64,000 nt of DNA from Candidatus Levyibacteriota bacterium (GCA_016199085.1 JACQHJ010000001.1:3334-67333); one strand, 5' to 3'. Positions 37,009 to 47,956 are shown, numbered from the stretch's first letter. A program made the numbers and translations. The notes: a model not told the origin generated them from the sequence alone.

Positions 37009-37936
37009 ATCTTAGGACAAACCAGCGGATTTTATCCAAAACCTTATAAGCAAAATAGAGGTTTTTGTTGATAACCAAATCAAAACTTCCAATATATTCA
37101 ACATGCCTTGGCCCGTACCCTTGTTTAAATCTATGAAATCCATAGTAGATATTGTCGGGTTTGGGATCAACTACGTTTGCTGCTCCCCACATATCAAAAG
37201 TTTTAAGACCTAGTTTTTTGCCAAACTTTATTGCTTCCCACATAACAAGATTTGATGCCATAACCTCTCTGTATTTATCGCTTGATGCTCCGTATGGGTA
37301 GTAAAGAGTATCTCCTAATACAAATAAGACCCAGGTAGCTAAAGTTTGGTTTTTATAGACGGCTTTTAATAAATGAATGGAAAATTCTTTGTGGTTTTTG
37401 TTTTTGAAAGTTTCCCAAAGAGTCTTGTGATACTTTTCATTGTGAGCAAAGAATTTTTGTCTTTGAGTAGTTTCCCGGGTTAACTTCAAATACTGTTCAA
37501 AGCCTTTATCACTATTGTCTTCAATTACTTCCACTCCTTTTTTTTGGGCAAGTCTAATGTTATACCTGGTTTTTTGACTCATGTTTTTCAAAAGCTCTTC
37601 TTCAGACTTTGTTAAATCAAGTACAAAATTATATTTTGTAAAAATAGGATGAGCCGAAGGGTAGAAATTTTTAAAGTTATATTTTCTTTCCCCTACTTTT
37701 TCAACATTTGGTTCAATTTGAATAAAAATACAATTGTTGTTTTTCCCAATTTTGTAAAGGTCATCTAACATTTTTTGGGTAATATCGCCTCCCTTTGGAA
37801 AATAGCCGATTTTATAGTTTGTATAGGGAATTGAATGAATAGTTAATTGAAGATCGTTTTCTCTTACAACTTCTACTCCTGTTTTTTCTCTAAATTCTCC
37901 CCAAAAAGGGTGTTGCAACGGATGAATGTTTGTCAT
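37001..37936 (-). CDS. FemABX family peptidoglycan bridge peptidyltransferase
   Basis: HPLQ...WG, KTRYNIRLAQKKGV, YYPYGAS, FDMWG, FKQGYG. Confidence 0.9.
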   Translation of the reverse strand: MTNIHPLQHPFWGEFREKTGVEVVRENDLQLTIHSIPYTNYKIGYFPKGGDITQKMLDDLYKIGKNNNCIFIQIEPNVEKVGERKYNFKNFYPSAHPIFTKYNFVLDLTKSEEELLKNMSQKTRYNIRLAQKKGVEVIEDNSDKGFEQYLKLTRETTQRQKFFAHNEKYHKTLWETFKNKNHKEFSIHLLKAVYKNQTLATWVLFVLGDTLYYPYGASSDKYREVMASNLVMWEAIKFGKKLGLKTFDMWGAANVVDPKPDNIYYGFHRFKQGYGPRHVEYIGSFDLVINKNLYFAYKVLDKIRWFVLRFK

Positions 37937-39789
37937 AGGTATTCGGGTACGTCTTCTTGCATTCTATTTAAGCTTTTCTCCAAAGTTCCTTCAGGAAGTT
38001 CTAAGATAAATCTTGAAACAATATTCATAGTTTTTTGTCCAAAGAAAAGACGTTTTCTTGAATACGTTAAGAATAGGTTTTCTTTCGCCCTTGTCATTCC
38101 AACATAACAAAGTCTTCTTTCTTCTTCAAGTTCGTGTTTATCCATAAGACTTCGGCTGTGGGGGAATAATCCTTCTTCCATGCCGACCATAAATACAACG
38201 GGAAATTCAAGACCCTTGGCCGCATGTAAAGTCATAAGGTTAACCGCATCTTTTTTACCCATTTCATCTTTTATATGGTCGGGCATATATTCTTGCTCAA
38301 CCAAAGAAACGTTTTCCAAAAAGTTTTGTAAAAGTGGAAAGGCAATGGCAACGGATCTAAGTTCTTTAATGTTTTCCAGTCTCTCGACGTCTTCTTCGTC
38401 TTTTTCATCATATAGGGAAAGATAATCCGTTTGTTTAAGAGCATTATCCATTAATTCAATTGTCTGTTTTTGACTTAAATCTTCTTCGGAAACATTTGTG
38501 CTAAATTCCAGAAACTTTTCAAATCTTCCCTTACCCAGTTTTTCAATTCTTTTTAGGGAAATTTTGTCTTTTGGATTAGCTAAAATCCTAAGATAGGATA
38601 AAACATCTTTTATTTCTTTTCTTTCATAAAATCTCGTTCCACCTATTAAAATATAAGGAATGCTTTGGTGAATAAATACTTCTTCAATAGATCTTGACTG
38701 AGCATTTGTTCTATAAAGGACGGCAAAGTCATAGTATCTAAGATGCGGATTTTGACTTTTTATTGCCTCAATTTCAGAAACTATAAATTCAGCCTCTTTT
38801 TGTTCATTGATTGCCTCAAATACGGAGACGTCTCTTCCTTCTTCATTTTCAGTCCAAAGTTTCAATACCGGGTGAGTGTTGTTTTTGGAAATAACAGCAG
38901 ATGCCGCATCTAAGATTTTTTGGGTTGACCTATAATTTTGGGACAGAGAAAAAGTTTTGGTATTTTTAAAATCTTCTTTAAATTTAGAAAGATTTAAAAA
39001 ATCAGCTCCTCTAAAACTATAAATGCTTTGGGAAAAATCTCCTACGACACAAACATTATTCCACTTTTTGGCTAGTAGTTTTGTTAAAAGGTATTGTGCG
39101 TGGTTTGTATCCTGATATTCGTCAATTAAAATATATTTAAATTTATTTTGGTATTTTTCCAAAACCAATGGGAAGGTTTTAAAAAGCTCAACTGTTTTTA
39201 AAATCAAATCGTCAAAATCCAAAGCTCCATTTTCTTTTAAAAGCTTTTGATAAATAACGTAAGCTCTCGCAACTATTTCTTGGAAGTGGCCCCTTGCGTA
39301 TGTAGGATAATTCTTCTCATCAATTAATTCATTCTTGGCCGAAGATATTGTTCCTAAAACCGAAGCGGGTTTATACTCTTTTGCGGAAATACCAAGCAGG
39401 GTAAAAGCTTCTTTGATTGCGTCTTTTTGATCCTGCGTGTCGTAAATGACGAAATTTTTGGGAACTCCTATAAAATGTCCGTCAATTCTTAATATCTTTG
39501 CACAAAGAGCATGGAATGTTGAAATCGTAGGAAGATCATGCATGCTTTTATTATTTTTCTGAAAATATTTCTGAATTCTTTCTTTCATTTCACCAGCTGC
39601 TTTATTCGTGAAAGTAGAAAGGAGAATATTTGTAGGATCAATGCCTTCTTCGATTAGGTTTATAACCCTATAGGTTAAAACTCTGGTTTTTCCGCTTCCT
39701 GCTCCTGCAAGTATGATCATGGGGCCGTCTTTTTGGATTACGGCTTCAATTTGTTCCCTGTTGAGGTCCTTGAGAAAGTCTTTGTTCAT
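37933..39789 (-). CDS. pcrA: PcrA/UvrD helicase
   Basis: AGAGSGKT, TFTNKAA, DEYQD, QNYRS, TLHAAKGLEF, EERRLCYV; start ATG 39789 (MNKDFL). Confidence 0.95.
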   Translation of the reverse strand: MNKDFLKDLNREQIEAVIQKDGPMIILAGAGSGKTRVLTYRVINLIEEGIDPTNILLSTFTNKAAGEMKERIQKYFQKNNKSMHDLPTISTFHALCAKILRIDGHFIGVPKNFVIYDTQDQKDAIKEAFTLLGISAKEYKPASVLGTISSAKNELIDEKNYPTYARGHFQEIVARAYVIYQKLLKENGALDFDDLILKTVELFKTFPLVLEKYQNKFKYILIDEYQDTNHAQYLLTKLLAKKWNNVCVVGDFSQSIYSFRGADFLNLSKFKEDFKNTKTFSLSQNYRSTQKILDAASAVISKNNTHPVLKLWTENEEGRDVSVFEAINEQKEAEFIVSEIEAIKSQNPHLRYYDFAVLYRTNAQSRSIEEVFIHQSIPYILIGGTRFYERKEIKDVLSYLRILANPKDKISLKRIEKLGKGRFEKFLEFSTNVSEEDLSQKQTIELMDNALKQTDYLSLYDEKDEEDVERLENIKELRSVAIAFPLLQNFLENVSLVEQEYMPDHIKDEMGKKDAVNLMTLHAAKGLEFPVVFMVGMEEGLFPHSRSLMDKHELEEERRLCYVGMTRAKENLFLTYSRKRLFFGQKTMNIVSRFILELPEGTLEKSLNRMQEDVPEYL

Positions 39790-39807
39790 ACCGTATAATG
39801 ATACCAC
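39790..39807. promoter_or_regulatory. overlapping divergent -10 elements between pcrA and tpiA
   Basis: TATAAT (+) at 39794-39799 and TATCAT (-) at 39798-39803, each 8 nt from its ATG. Confidence 0.65.
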
Positions 39808-40467
39808 ATGGATTCGCTTTTTATAGTCGCTAACCTTAAATCCAACAAGACTTATGCTGAGGCTAAGTTGTGGCTGGACACCTTTGACAGAATTGATAAA
39901 AATCTTTTGGAACAAAAAAAAGTTATCATTTGTCCCTCCTTTGTTTTACTTCAGACGTTTAAGACGTTTATTAGTCAAAATAACCTTAGAGTAAGTCTTG
40001 GAGCACAAACCGTTTCAAGCGTTGACGAAGGAGCTCATACGGGAGAGGTAAACGCAAAACAGATTAAAGATTTTGCAGACTATGTAATCATCGGCCATTC
40101 CGAGGAAAGAAAGCTTTTAAATGAATCAGACCCTCTGTTGCAGGAAAAAGTCAATCTAAGCCTTAAATACGGACTTACTCCTATCTATTGCGTGCAAAAT
40201 CAAGATACGTTTATTCCCCAAGGTGTAACAATAGTTGCCTATGAGCCGATATTTGCCATCGGATCTGGTACTCCCGATACCCCGTATAATGCAGGGAATG
40301 TAGCAAAAGCGATAAAAACAAAAGGAATACCTACGGTTTTATATGGGGGAAGCATAACTTTTACAAATGTTAAGGAATTTACTAAGGAATCTAGCTTAAG
40401 CGGAGTTTTAGTGGGAGGTGCAAGTCTTGAGGCACAAGAGTTTATCAAAATCATTAAAAATGCCTAA
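39808..40467 (+). CDS. tpiA: triosephosphate isomerase (short form)
   Basis: ANLK, GAHTGEV, IGHSE, AYEP, YGGS, LVGGASL. Confidence 0.95.
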   Translation: MDSLFIVANLKSNKTYAEAKLWLDTFDRIDKNLLEQKKVIICPSFVLLQTFKTFISQNNLRVSLGAQTVSSVDEGAHTGEVNAKQIKDFADYVIIGHSEERKLLNESDPLLQEKVNLSLKYGLTPIYCVQNQDTFIPQGVTIVAYEPIFAIGSGTPDTPYNAGNVAKAIKTKGIPTVLYGGSITFTNVKEFTKESSLSGVLVGGASLEAQEFIKIIKNA

Positions 40468-41578
40468 AAATAAAGCCATTATCGCAATCGGGGTTTTTGT
40501 GGCCATTTTGGTCCTTATCGTTATTGCAAAAACTGCAAGTTTTTATCCTTTTTTGTTTCAGCTAATTTTTGACAAGGAAGTAAAACTAAAACAAGCAGAG
40601 CCGAGCAAAATAAACGTCCTCATTTTAGGAATTGGAGGAGGATCGCATGATGGCCCAAATTTAACTGATACGATAATTTTGGCAAATATTGACGGGGCCA
40701 AAAATAAAGTAACACTTACTTCAATCCCAAGGGATTTATGGATACCTGTTTTAGAAGGTGGCAATAAAAAAATTAATGAAGCTTATGCAAAAGGAGAAGT
40801 AAAAAGAAAGGGAGGAGGAATAGCACTTTCCGAAGCTGTAGTTGAAAATGTCACGGGACAACCAGTTGACTATGCCGTTAGAATTGATTTTAACGGGTTT
40901 GTAAGAGCGGTTGACATTATCGGAGGATTGGATATTATTGTTGATAAAACTCTGGATGATTACAGATATCCGATTAGCGGTAAAGAAGACGACACGTGTG
41001 GTTTCTCAGAAGAAGATATTCAGGCTTTTGTAGCAACTGAAAGCGCGGAACAAAAACTGGCAGAAAAATTCTCCTGCCGCTATAAACATTTACATTTTGA
41101 CGCCGGCCCTCAACATTTAGATGGAGAAATGGCACTTGAATTTGTTAGATCAAGACATGGAGTAAACGGTGAGGGAAGCGACTTTGCCAGAAGCAAAAGA
41201 CAGCAAAAAGTAATAACCGCTTTCAAAGATAAAATATTTTCCGCACAAACTCTCATTAATCCTGCCAAAATCTTAAGTCTATATGACATCTTAAAAGATA
41301 GTATTGATACAAATATAAAACAGGAAGAATTTGATGATTTCATAAGACTTGCTCAAAAAATGAAAGATGCTCAAATAACCAGTCTCGTTATCGATACGGG
41401 AGATGAGGTTAACGATAGACCGGGTCTTTTGGACGAGGCCCCATATAAAGAGGAATATAATTTCTTATCAGTTTTGATACCCAGGGTTGGAAACGGAGAC
41501 TTTTCAGAAATTCATCAGTATATTGACTGCCGGCTAAGCGGAGGAGAATGTCCTCTGACAACAAACTCTAAAAATTAA
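40460..41578 (+). CDS. LCP (LytR-CpsA-Psr) family protein
   Basis: LTDTI, SIPRD, KINEAY, FVRSRH, SDFARSKRQQ; ATG 40460. Confidence 0.92.
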   Translation: MPKNKAIIAIGVFVAILVLIVIAKTASFYPFLFQLIFDKEVKLKQAEPSKINVLILGIGGGSHDGPNLTDTIILANIDGAKNKVTLTSIPRDLWIPVLEGGNKKINEAYAKGEVKRKGGGIALSEAVVENVTGQPVDYAVRIDFNGFVRAVDIIGGLDIIVDKTLDDYRYPISGKEDDTCGFSEEDIQAFVATESAEQKLAEKFSCRYKHLHFDAGPQHLDGEMALEFVRSRHGVNGEGSDFARSKRQQKVITAFKDKIFSAQTLINPAKILSLYDILKDSIDTNIKQEEFDDFIRLAQKMKDAQITSLVIDTGDEVNDRPGLLDEAPYKEEYNFLSVLIPRVGNGDFSEIHQYIDCRLSGGECPLTTNSKN

Positions 41579-43667
41579 TTTTATATAATTTAGCCTCACC
41601 TTTTTGATAAATAATTTCTCCTAAGCTTTTAATATTTTCCTCATTTAGCTCAGGATACTTTTCTTTTTCAAGTAAAGAGACAACAATATATGAAGCATTG
41701 TATTTTTTGATAATTTCCTTTGCCGTCTCAACATTTTTGGTTGTATAAAAAGTTTTAACATCATCCACTCTTGGTCCGACAACGTCGTAAGTTCCTCTCC
41801 AAAGCCATTCATGGACTGGCCAGCCCATGATTGTTGGAAGGCCAGTATTAGCAGAAATTCTGGCATAATCCGTATAAGAATCTCCTACTGCTTCAATTAC
41901 CACAGGCTGACCCTTAATATTAATATTTAACCAGTTTATTAAATCAAAATCCTCAGGATGAGTGGTACTTAGATATTTTGTTCCATCAAGCCCTTTATAG
42001 ATTTTCAAATTATCGTAATATGAATTGATCGCAAAAATCGGGTAGGAAAAAACCAAGTACAAAAGAATAAGTGTTGGGATAAAAAACAGTACCAATGTTT
42101 TTTTATTTCTTAAATGCATTAATATTTTTACGATTATGTACCCGCATGACAGCGAAAGCATAATAAAGGCTTCATAAGTTAACTTAAACATCGTGTTTGC
42201 TCTGTAATGGGCTGGATAAATATCTTTTACGTAGATTATTTCAGGAATAAGGATAAGAAGAGTGGAGAGTATTATTAGAAATGCTACAAAAATATCGCTT
42301 TTTGTAGTTTTATAATTTCTCTTAAATTTTAAAAACAGAATAAAAGAGATGACGAAAAAATAGAAGAATCCATAAAGAATAATAAGTTGCCAGATGGGAG
42401 ATGTCTGACAGTGATTTGATTCGAAAAGTAATGGGCCAAGTTTTCCCATTTTGGTTAGAATTTCCGGTGCACAGATAACTCCAATGCCCGAGACGAACGG
42501 CTTGAAGTTAACGCTGAAAGGAAGAGAGAAAGCAAAAAAACCTACTCCTAAAATAAAGACAGATGAAAAAAAGTTTGAAAAAGAAACCTTTTTATGAAAG
42601 CTGATAAGTAAAATTATCAAAAACGTAAGCAAACCGTAAATTATTCCATCCCATGCATTTGTCATGTACATTACAGCAAGTAAGAATGACAAAATCCCAA
42701 TATAAAGCTTCTTGACGTTTTCCTCTAAAAGCATTGCAAATATTAAGCCTATTGACAAAAGCACAATCGGAATATCTAAAACATGACCATGCAGGTCAGA
42801 GACTACGAAGGAATATAATGGAAATTCATGAATTGTAAATTGAATAAATCTTGTTGCGTTTGGATACCAATATCCGTTTGGAAAACTAAGCGGCAAAAAA
42901 GGAAGATTCCAGAAAACAATAGGATGGTCCTGCGGTATGTAAGCTTTAAAGAAAGCATAGATTGTTGTTAGGTTTCCTGAAAGAGCGACTAGGCTTGCTG
43001 AAAGAATTGAAGCAACAGCTGATTTTAAGGAAAATCTTTTATTGTCGAATAAATTTAGAACCAGAGAGAAAACCTGGGTAAAAGTTAAGGCAAATAAAAG
43101 ACCAAGCATTAGATTGTAACCAATGTTTGAAGCAATACCGGAAAGTTTTAAAAGTACGGCTGTTATTAAGTGTCCGAAATAATAATAATTTATCGAAAAG
43201 TTTGTATACCACATATCCTTTGGCGGAAAATAGTCGCTTCTTAGGATTGAATTTACAAAACCAAAGTCCATGAATTTCTCAAGGCCGTTGATGTTGGGCA
43301 TATTCCCTCTTATAAAAGACCAAAATATTAAAGCAAGCAAAAACAAAGCTTCCTCAATAATTATTAGCCTTAAGCTTTCCTTTAGTATTTTCCTAAAATC
43401 TATTTTTCTTAAAAGATACAAATTTAAAAAGAGGAATAAAAACAAAACGAAGATGATTTCAGAAAACGAGAATTTAAATATCTTAAGAAAAGAAAGAATG
43501 AAAACACTATACGAGATAAGAGCTATGCCGATTGTTTTTCCAAAAATATAACCTTTGTCTTTAAAGTTTTTAAAAAGAATTGAAGTTATTGGAAAAAACA
43601 ATGCGCCAATGATTAAGAAAACAAACCAAAATCTTAAAATAGAGAATAAATCAATTAAATCTAGCAT
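41568..43667 (-). CDS. DUF2298 / YYY-type membrane protein (GT-C-like)
   Basis: EKFMD, PPKDMW, NYYYFG, IHEFP, DLHGH, NTMFK, GWPVHEWLWRG. Confidence 0.85.
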   Translation of the reverse strand: MLDLIDLFSILRFWFVFLIIGALFFPITSILFKNFKDKGYIFGKTIGIALISYSVFILSFLKIFKFSFSEIIFVLFLFLFLNLYLLRKIDFRKILKESLRLIIIEEALFLLALIFWSFIRGNMPNINGLEKFMDFGFVNSILRSDYFPPKDMWYTNFSINYYYFGHLITAVLLKLSGIASNIGYNLMLGLLFALTFTQVFSLVLNLFDNKRFSLKSAVASILSASLVALSGNLTTIYAFFKAYIPQDHPIVFWNLPFLPLSFPNGYWYPNATRFIQFTIHEFPLYSFVVSDLHGHVLDIPIVLLSIGLIFAMLLEENVKKLYIGILSFLLAVMYMTNAWDGIIYGLLTFLIILLISFHKKVSFSNFFSSVFILGVGFFAFSLPFSVNFKPFVSGIGVICAPEILTKMGKLGPLLFESNHCQTSPIWQLIILYGFFYFFVISFILFLKFKRNYKTTKSDIFVAFLIILSTLLILIPEIIYVKDIYPAHYRANTMFKLTYEAFIMLSLSCGYIIVKILMHLRNKKTLVLFFIPTLILLYLVFSYPIFAINSYYDNLKIYKGLDGTKYLSTTHPEDFDLINWLNINIKGQPVVIEAVGDSYTDYARISANTGLPTIMGWPVHEWLWRGTYDVVGPRVDDVKTFYTTKNVETAKEIIKKYNASYIVVSLLEKEKYPELNEENIKSLGEIIYQKGEAKLYKINF

Positions 43668-45292
43668 TTTGAATTAATATTGTAGATTATAAATCCATCT
43701 TTAGTATTTTCAAATACTTTTTTAAAGTTTTTATCAAAAAAACTTTTATTAACGACTGCATCTTCGTTATTTAAGTTAATATCGACATAATTTAGATGAA
43801 AATTTAAAGACTGTTTGCAGAAGTACTCCAAGTCACTGGTATTTAATAACTTTTTTCTGATATCATCCCTTTTTTGCGTGTTATACCCCTGGCTCCAGGC
43901 AAAATATGGCCAGCCTAAGAATATTTTCCTTCCAGCAAGGGATGCGTAGTTATAGAGATACTGGTTGTTTAAAAACACAGCGTTTTTACTCGTATTTTCC
44001 ATTATCCATGAAATATTTTTGTTCTTGGGATAATCAGAAAGAGTAATCTTTGAATCATTTAAGATTGGGAAAAAGTCTATTATTCCAGAGAGCGTTAAAA
44101 AGAAAAACAAGACTACGACTAAAGGTTTAAAGATATTTCTTTTTTTCCAAAGAATATATAAGGCAAAAGCCGAAAACATACCCCCGACAATTATGGAAAA
44201 ATTAAAAAACTTATGATTGGCTGCAATCTCCGGAGAAAACTGAATTAAATTTGCAACTATGAAAAGACTAACAAAAGAGATAAGAATCTTTTTGTTAAGT
44301 TTATTTGTAAGAAAAAATCCTAAAGGTATTAAAAAGATATTAAATCCAAGGTTGTAAAACCAATAATTTACAAAGCTAACCAGATTTAGATTTTCAACCA
44401 GGTAGCCTGGATTAATTGCAATTGCAGATTCTGATGGCACTTGGGAAAGGAATAAATACTGTGGAAGGGCAATGATACCCCCGATTAAAAGTACTAAGAA
44501 AATATATATGCGTTTTTCTTTTAAAAATATTAACATACAAGCTAAAACAAGAGCAGTCATTAAAAACACAGCAATATTTAAAAGGAAAGACAATCCAAAA
44601 ACGATTGCTATTAAAAAAGTTTTCTCAAAATTTTTGTGTTTTGTATGCTCATTAAACTTAAGTATTAAATAGATAATAAGAAGTGACAAGGCATAAGAGA
44701 GGGCAACGTGCCTTTGGTTTGTATAGATATTTAGGTTCCAAAAAGCTGACACAATGCTATTGTCATAAGGGCCAAACGAAGCAAATTTAGTGCTAGTTAA
44801 AACTGCATAAATTGAATCTAAAGACAATCCATTTTTGGCAAAATAATTAACAAAACTAAGTGTTGAGTTAAACAGGAAAAGAATAACGCTAAGTACTCCA
44901 ACAGCTTTTGATTTGAATATTTCTTTTGCAAAAAAATAGATCATTAATATTAGAAGGGTAAAACCAAAAATAGATGGAATATTTAGAGCAAGGTCAATTC
45001 TAAGTCCGATTTTTTCCAAAAAACCCACTAAAAGATAAAAAAGAAAATGATATTTTATTGCTGGACCGGAAAACAGGGGGTATTGCGGTGGAAGATTATC
45101 CCCAATTGAAAAGGATCTAATTAAAGGAATGTGACTTGAGAAGTCGCTCCAGGCTTTTGATCCAATCATCATTGAGCTACCACTATAAGAAAAGCTTGAA
45201 AACATAAGCCACGAGGAGAAAATTAAGGCACCTATTAAAATTACAATTTCTACAAAGTGCAATTTTAGGATATTTTGCAATCTAAGTTTCAT
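43661..45292 (-). CDS. multi-TM putative GT-C glycosyltransferase
   Basis: WSDFSSH, YHFLF, many TM helices, C-terminal LAGR..GW; start taken at MKLRLQ. Confidence 0.6.
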   Translation of the reverse strand: MKLRLQNILKLHFVEIVILIGALIFSSWLMFSSFSYSGSSMMIGSKAWSDFSSHIPLIRSFSIGDNLPPQYPLFSGPAIKYHFLFYLLVGFLEKIGLRIDLALNIPSIFGFTLLILMIYFFAKEIFKSKAVGVLSVILFLFNSTLSFVNYFAKNGLSLDSIYAVLTSTKFASFGPYDNSIVSAFWNLNIYTNQRHVALSYALSLLIIYLILKFNEHTKHKNFEKTFLIAIVFGLSFLLNIAVFLMTALVLACMLIFLKEKRIYIFLVLLIGGIIALPQYLFLSQVPSESAIAINPGYLVENLNLVSFVNYWFYNLGFNIFLIPLGFFLTNKLNKKILISFVSLFIVANLIQFSPEIAANHKFFNFSIIVGGMFSAFALYILWKKRNIFKPLVVVLFFFLTLSGIIDFFPILNDSKITLSDYPKNKNISWIMENTSKNAVFLNNQYLYNYASLAGRKIFLGWPYFAWSQGYNTQKRDDIRKKLLNTSDLEYFCKQSLNFHLNYVDINLNNEDAVVNKSFFDKNFKKVFENTKDGFIIYNINSKC

Positions 45293-46568
45293 TATCAACA
45301 AGTTTGGCAACTTTTTGGCCAAGTTCTACGGCATAATTTGTACCCCTGTCCCAGGGATATACCTGTTCAATATTTGCCAAAAAGACATTTTCAAAAGGAG
45401 TTTTAAAAGAGGGAAGGATTTTTGAGTAATTAACGGGAATTATAGGCTGAGCAAAAGGAGCTTTAAAAAGCTGGTAGTCTATTATATTTTTGGCATAGTC
45501 GGGATTAATTCTTTTTAGGTATGGGTCAAATATTTTTAACAGCTCCTCCTTTGTAATCTTAAAGTACAAATCATCACTGGCTTTATAGTTTCCTAAATAT
45601 AAAAGATGTTCGTTATCGTAATATTTTTTATCGATGAGATTAGTATGTTCAACAATTGCCATTACAGGTGCTTTTTTATCGCAGACATTTAGCCAATAAG
45701 TGCCTTCCCTAAAGAAAGGCTTCTTAAGTCTTAAGAATAAGTTTGTTGCGCCTAGTCCTTTTAGTTTCCCCAAACTCTCTTTGTATTTAGCAGGAAGAGT
45801 AGGAGCGATTTTAAGAAAAAGGAAAGATGGAGTAGTTACAATTATTTTGTCAAAGTTTTCATTTTCTATTTCTCCGTTTTGATATTGAATTTTTAAGTTT
45901 GTTTGGTTTTTCCCATCTAGCTCTAAAATTTCTGTTTGGAAAAAAACCTTACCCTTTTTTGCCTCAACTTCTCTAACAAGCGCCTTGGCAAATTCTAGAA
46001 ATCCTTTAGCCGGATAAGCAAGTGAAGGAGTTCTTTTTTGAATTCTTGCCCAAAACCAAGCAAGAGAAACGTTTCTGGAAAACTTACCGAATTTATTGAC
46101 AAAAAGTGGTTCCCAGATCATTTGATAGGATTTTTTTCCCATTAATTTTGGCAAGACAGTTGCGGCGTTGTATTTTTCCAGTACTTTCCAAAACGGTTCA
46201 TATCTTAAAAATCCTACAATAATACCCATTCTTAGTCTGTCCACTAAGGAAAGAAGGGGAAACTTCAAAACTGTAATCGGAGAATCAAACTGGTAAATAT
46301 TGTTTTCTACAAATACGGAAGTCTTAGGTCTTTTAATTATTACTCGGTAGTTAATTTCTTTGGCAAGACCTAGGATATATTTATCATTGGTAAACCAGTG
46401 GTGGTAGTGTTTTTCTAAAGACCAATCCCAATTTTTCTCTTTATATCCGATTGCAAGTCCTCCGGGACTCGGATCTCTTTCAAATATTTTAACATCGTGT
46501 CCTTTTTTAACTAATTCAAACCCTGCAGCAAGGCCTGCAAAGCCTGCGCCGATAATTGCTATTTTCAT
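45282..46568 (-). CDS. FAD-dependent oxidoreductase (amine oxidase/PPO-like)
   Basis: IIGAGFAGLAAG, GGLA, HYHH, YPWDRGTN. Confidence 0.85.
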   Translation of the reverse strand: MKIAIIGAGFAGLAAGFELVKKGHDVKIFERDPSPGGLAIGYKEKNWDWSLEKHYHHWFTNDKYILGLAKEINYRVIIKRPKTSVFVENNIYQFDSPITVLKFPLLSLVDRLRMGIIVGFLRYEPFWKVLEKYNAATVLPKLMGKKSYQMIWEPLFVNKFGKFSRNVSLAWFWARIQKRTPSLAYPAKGFLEFAKALVREVEAKKGKVFFQTEILELDGKNQTNLKIQYQNGEIENENFDKIIVTTPSFLFLKIAPTLPAKYKESLGKLKGLGATNLFLRLKKPFFREGTYWLNVCDKKAPVMAIVEHTNLIDKKYYDNEHLLYLGNYKASDDLYFKITKEELLKIFDPYLKRINPDYAKNIIDYQLFKAPFAQPIIPVNYSKILPSFKTPFENVFLANIEQVYPWDRGTNYAVELGQKVAKLVDNET

Positions 46569-47956
46569 AGTGAAATGGTTCCCCTAGAGACAAGAAGCAG
46601 TAAACCACCTATCAAGGCTATTAATAGGCCAATGGCTCCAGCGGTAATTATAGTAGCATTACCCGTTGGTGGTAAAGGGGTAGTTGGAGTCGGGCTTGAG
46701 ATGGCAACAGATGGCGTTATCGTTAAAGTTGAAGTAAGAGTCGGACTTTGTATTAAAGAGGAGGTAGGACTTAAAGAGACGGTTTGAGACGTGGTTGGCG
46801 TAAGCGTTGGAGATTTTGTCGGAGTCGGCGAGCCAGATTCTGTGCTAATTTGAGATCCGGATGCGTTAACCATAAAGGCTTGGGTAATTGTCTTTACCGC
46901 TCCGGTTGAATCTTTGGCAACTATAGTTATTGTATGATCACCGGGAGGAAGTTCTTGGTCTGGTCTGTATTTCCAATTTCCGTTTGCATCAGCCTTAACG
47001 TCTGCTGTTATTTGAGTTTCGGAATTGATAATAATCTGCACGGTTTCATTAGCTGGTGCTGTCCCTTTAAACTCAGGTTGATTGTCTACAAAAGCCTGGT
47101 CCTTTTGAGGAGTTAAAATTTGAGGATTTCTTTTTGTTTCAGGAGCAACTAGGCTGCTACTAAAAGAAGGGAAGCTTTCGGTAGTTAAAGCCGTAGTAGC
47201 TGGCGTTGTATTGATTGTAAAATCATAATCATTTGAAAGTGTAATAAAAGGTACAGGATCGCTTTGTTCGGATAACAAAACTGCATTTGACCTAAGTCCG
47301 TCTCCAAAGGCCAAAAGTTTTAGGATTTGTCCTTTTTCGAGTTTAAAATATGTGGCAAGGTTAGAAGTTCTCAGGGAATTTAAAGGAAGAAGATATGTCC
47401 CATCATTTTTGGAAAGAGTAGAGATTACTTGTGAATTATCTGTCGTAAGATAAATAATTGCTTCGCCTGGGCTAACTCCGGTTGGAAGCATTAGTTTTCC
47501 ACTCATTGGATTTTGTTGCTCTGGTTGGTTTTCAATTGCGCTTCCAGTTGTTGCTTCAAAGGGATTTGCATTATTTAAATAGGTATCGTTACTACTAATT
47601 ATTGAAAAATAATATTTTGCGTCAGGTTTTAGGTTTCTAACTGTAATGTTATGAATATTGTAGCTATTGATGCTTCCTGAATTTTGGTCTCTATCATCAA
47701 GGGCAGATTGCCCAAGGGATTGGCTTTCCCCAAAGCTTAACGCTCCCGTTACTTTGTCTTCTGTATAATAAGAAACGGTAAAAGATTCTTGGGTAATATT
47801 ACTTATTCTTACTTCTTGAGGATCATGCGAGGGGCCAGCTCTAATTGAGAATATTCCACCCTCTCTTACTAAAAAAGTCGTAACGCCGATTCCAATAGCA
47901 ATAAGAAGTATACCTAGTAGATTAGGTATTTTTTTATTCCAAATACTTTCCCTCAT
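46565..47956 (-). CDS. surface protein with FN3/Ig-like domains, S/T/P linker and LPPTG-TM tail
   Basis: VRISNIT, LKPDAKYYF, ADANGNW; LPPTG at 46661-46675 followed by a hydrophobic helix. Confidence 0.8.
   Translation of the reverse strand: MRESIWNKKIPNLLGILLIAIGIGVTTFLVREGGIFSIRAGPSHDPQEVRISNITQESFTVSYYTEDKVTGALSFGESQSLGQSALDDRDQNSGSINSYNIHNITVRNLKPDAKYYFSIISSNDTYLNNANPFEATTGSAIENQPEQQNPMSGKLMLPTGVSPGEAIIYLTTDNSQVISTLSKNDGTYLLPLNSLRTSNLATYFKLEKGQILKLLAFGDGLRSNAVLLSEQSDPVPFITLSNDYDFTINTTPATTALTTESFPSFSSSLVAPETKRNPQILTPQKDQAFVDNQPEFKGTAPANETVQIIINSETQITADVKADANGNWKYRPDQELPPGDHTITIVAKDSTGAVKTITQAFMVNASGSQISTESGSPTPTKSPTLTPTTSQTVSLSPTSSLIQSPTLTSTLTITPSVAISSPTPTTPLPPTGNATIITAGAIGLLIALIGGLLLLVSRGTISL

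Noticed and set aside
39790-39915. 42-aa N-terminal extension of PcrA in the ORF track
   Set aside because: It would overlap tpiA head-to-head; the helicase-like sequence begins at ATG 39789
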